NCBI GenBank assembly: GCA_964016885.1
Contig: OZ024742.1
Span: 207,266,001 to 207,330,000 of the forward strand
DNA length: 64,000 bases
Direction: 5' to 3'
Source: Eledone cirrhosa
Taxonomy: Eukaryota
Below, one piece after another: positions 62,921-64,000 of this stretch. The notes below the pieces were generated by a model. The model did not search any database. It worked only from the letters and a program-made list of their open reading frames with translations, and had not been told where the DNA came from. A program made the position numbers and the translations under genes. Positions within the stretch are counted from its first letter, which is position 1. Each line of letters starts with the position of its first letter.

Positions 62921-64000
62921 TTTACTACCATTGTTCGTACCAAACGCAATATCTTTACTAACAATGTTCGTACCAAACGGAATATCTTTACTAACAATGT
63001 TCGTACCAAACGGAATATCTTTACTAACAATGTTCGTACCAAACGGAATATCTTTACTAACAATGTTCGTACCAAACGCAATATCTTTACTAACAATGTT
63101 CGTACCAAACGCAATATCTTTACTAACAATGTTCGTACCAAACGGAATATCTTTACTAACAATGTTCGTACCAAACGGAATATCTTTACTAACAATGTTC
63201 GTACCAAACGGAATATCTTTACTAACAATGTTCGTACCAAACGCAATATCTTTACTAACAATGTTCGTACCAAACGCAATATCTTTACTAACAATGTTCG
63301 TACCAAACGCAATATCTTTACTAACATGTTCGTACCAAATGGAATATCTTTACTAACAATGTTCGTACCAAACGGAATATCTTTACTAATAATGTTCGTA
63401 CCAAATGGAATATCTTTACTAACAATGTTCGTACCAAACGGAATATCTTTACTAACAGTGTTCGTACTAATTGGAATATCTTTACTAACAATGTTCGTAC
63501 TAAATGGAATATCTTTACTAACAATGTTCGTACTAAACGGAATATATTTACTACCATTGTTCGTACCAAACGGAATATCTTTACTAACAATATTCGTACC
63601 AAACGGAATATCTTTACTAACAATGTTCGTACCAAACGGAATATCTTTACTAACAATGTTCGTACCAAACGGAATATCTTTACTAATAATGTTCGTACCA
63701 AATGGAATATCTTTACTAACAATGTTCGTACCAAACGGAATATCTTTACTAACAATGTTCGTACCAAACGGAATATCTTTACTAACAATGTTCGTACTAA
63801 ATGGAATATCTTCACTACAATGTTCGTACCAAACGGAATATCTTTACTAACAATGTTCGTACCAAACGGAATATCTTTACTAACAATGTTTGTACCAAAC
63901 GGAATATCTTTACTAACATGTTCGTACTAAATGGAATATCTTCACTACAATGTTCGTACCAAACGGAATATCATTACTAACAATGTTCGTACTAAATGGA
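62921..64000. repeat. 33-bp minisatellite (AACAATGTTCGTACCAAACGGAATATCTTTACT)n, about 32 copies, running off the window
   Basis: Direct reading; 11-aa periodic ORFs in several frames. Confidence 0.97.

Noticed and set aside
62921-64000. CRISPR-like 33-bp periodicity and long 11-aa repeat ORFs (e.g. 62894-63850)
   Set aside because: Units are contiguous with no unique spacers, there are no cas genes and the context is eukaryotic; the open frames follow from a stop-poor 33-bp unit

Overview
AT-rich, repeat-saturated animal genomic DNA, probably octopus or another cephalopod (judged only from recognising the SINE families). There is no prokaryotic gene, operon or CRISPR, and no confidently identifiable host gene; one possible signal-peptide exon lies at ~42.4-42.5 kb. 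The window is a nested mosaic of decayed mobile elements separated by (TA)n/(CA)n/(TC)n/(AAT)n microsatellites: RTE LINEs, four Tx1-clade L1 copies, an R4/Dong-type fragment, a full-length Buster/SPIN-type hAT transposon, MITEs, three non-autonomous Helitrons, many SINEs, at least five Penelope-like elements (PLEs) and a terminal 33-bp minisatellite. The most interesting signal is non-coding RNA structure. The window holds about a dozen complete, decayed or half hammerhead-ribozyme (HHR) motifs from several families. The best candidate is a 904-bp non-coding element (36467-37370) in a (TA)n tract. Its two ~313-bp direct repeats each carry a complete type I hammerhead with the uncommon U3:A8 core (UUGAUAA) and a palindromic stem III. 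This is a retrozyme-like architecture predicted to release a 591-nt, possibly circular, RNA. Several short PLE ends are also fold-back palindromes that turn around at the ribozyme stem II hairpin. All calls are by eye; no database searches or folding programs were run.
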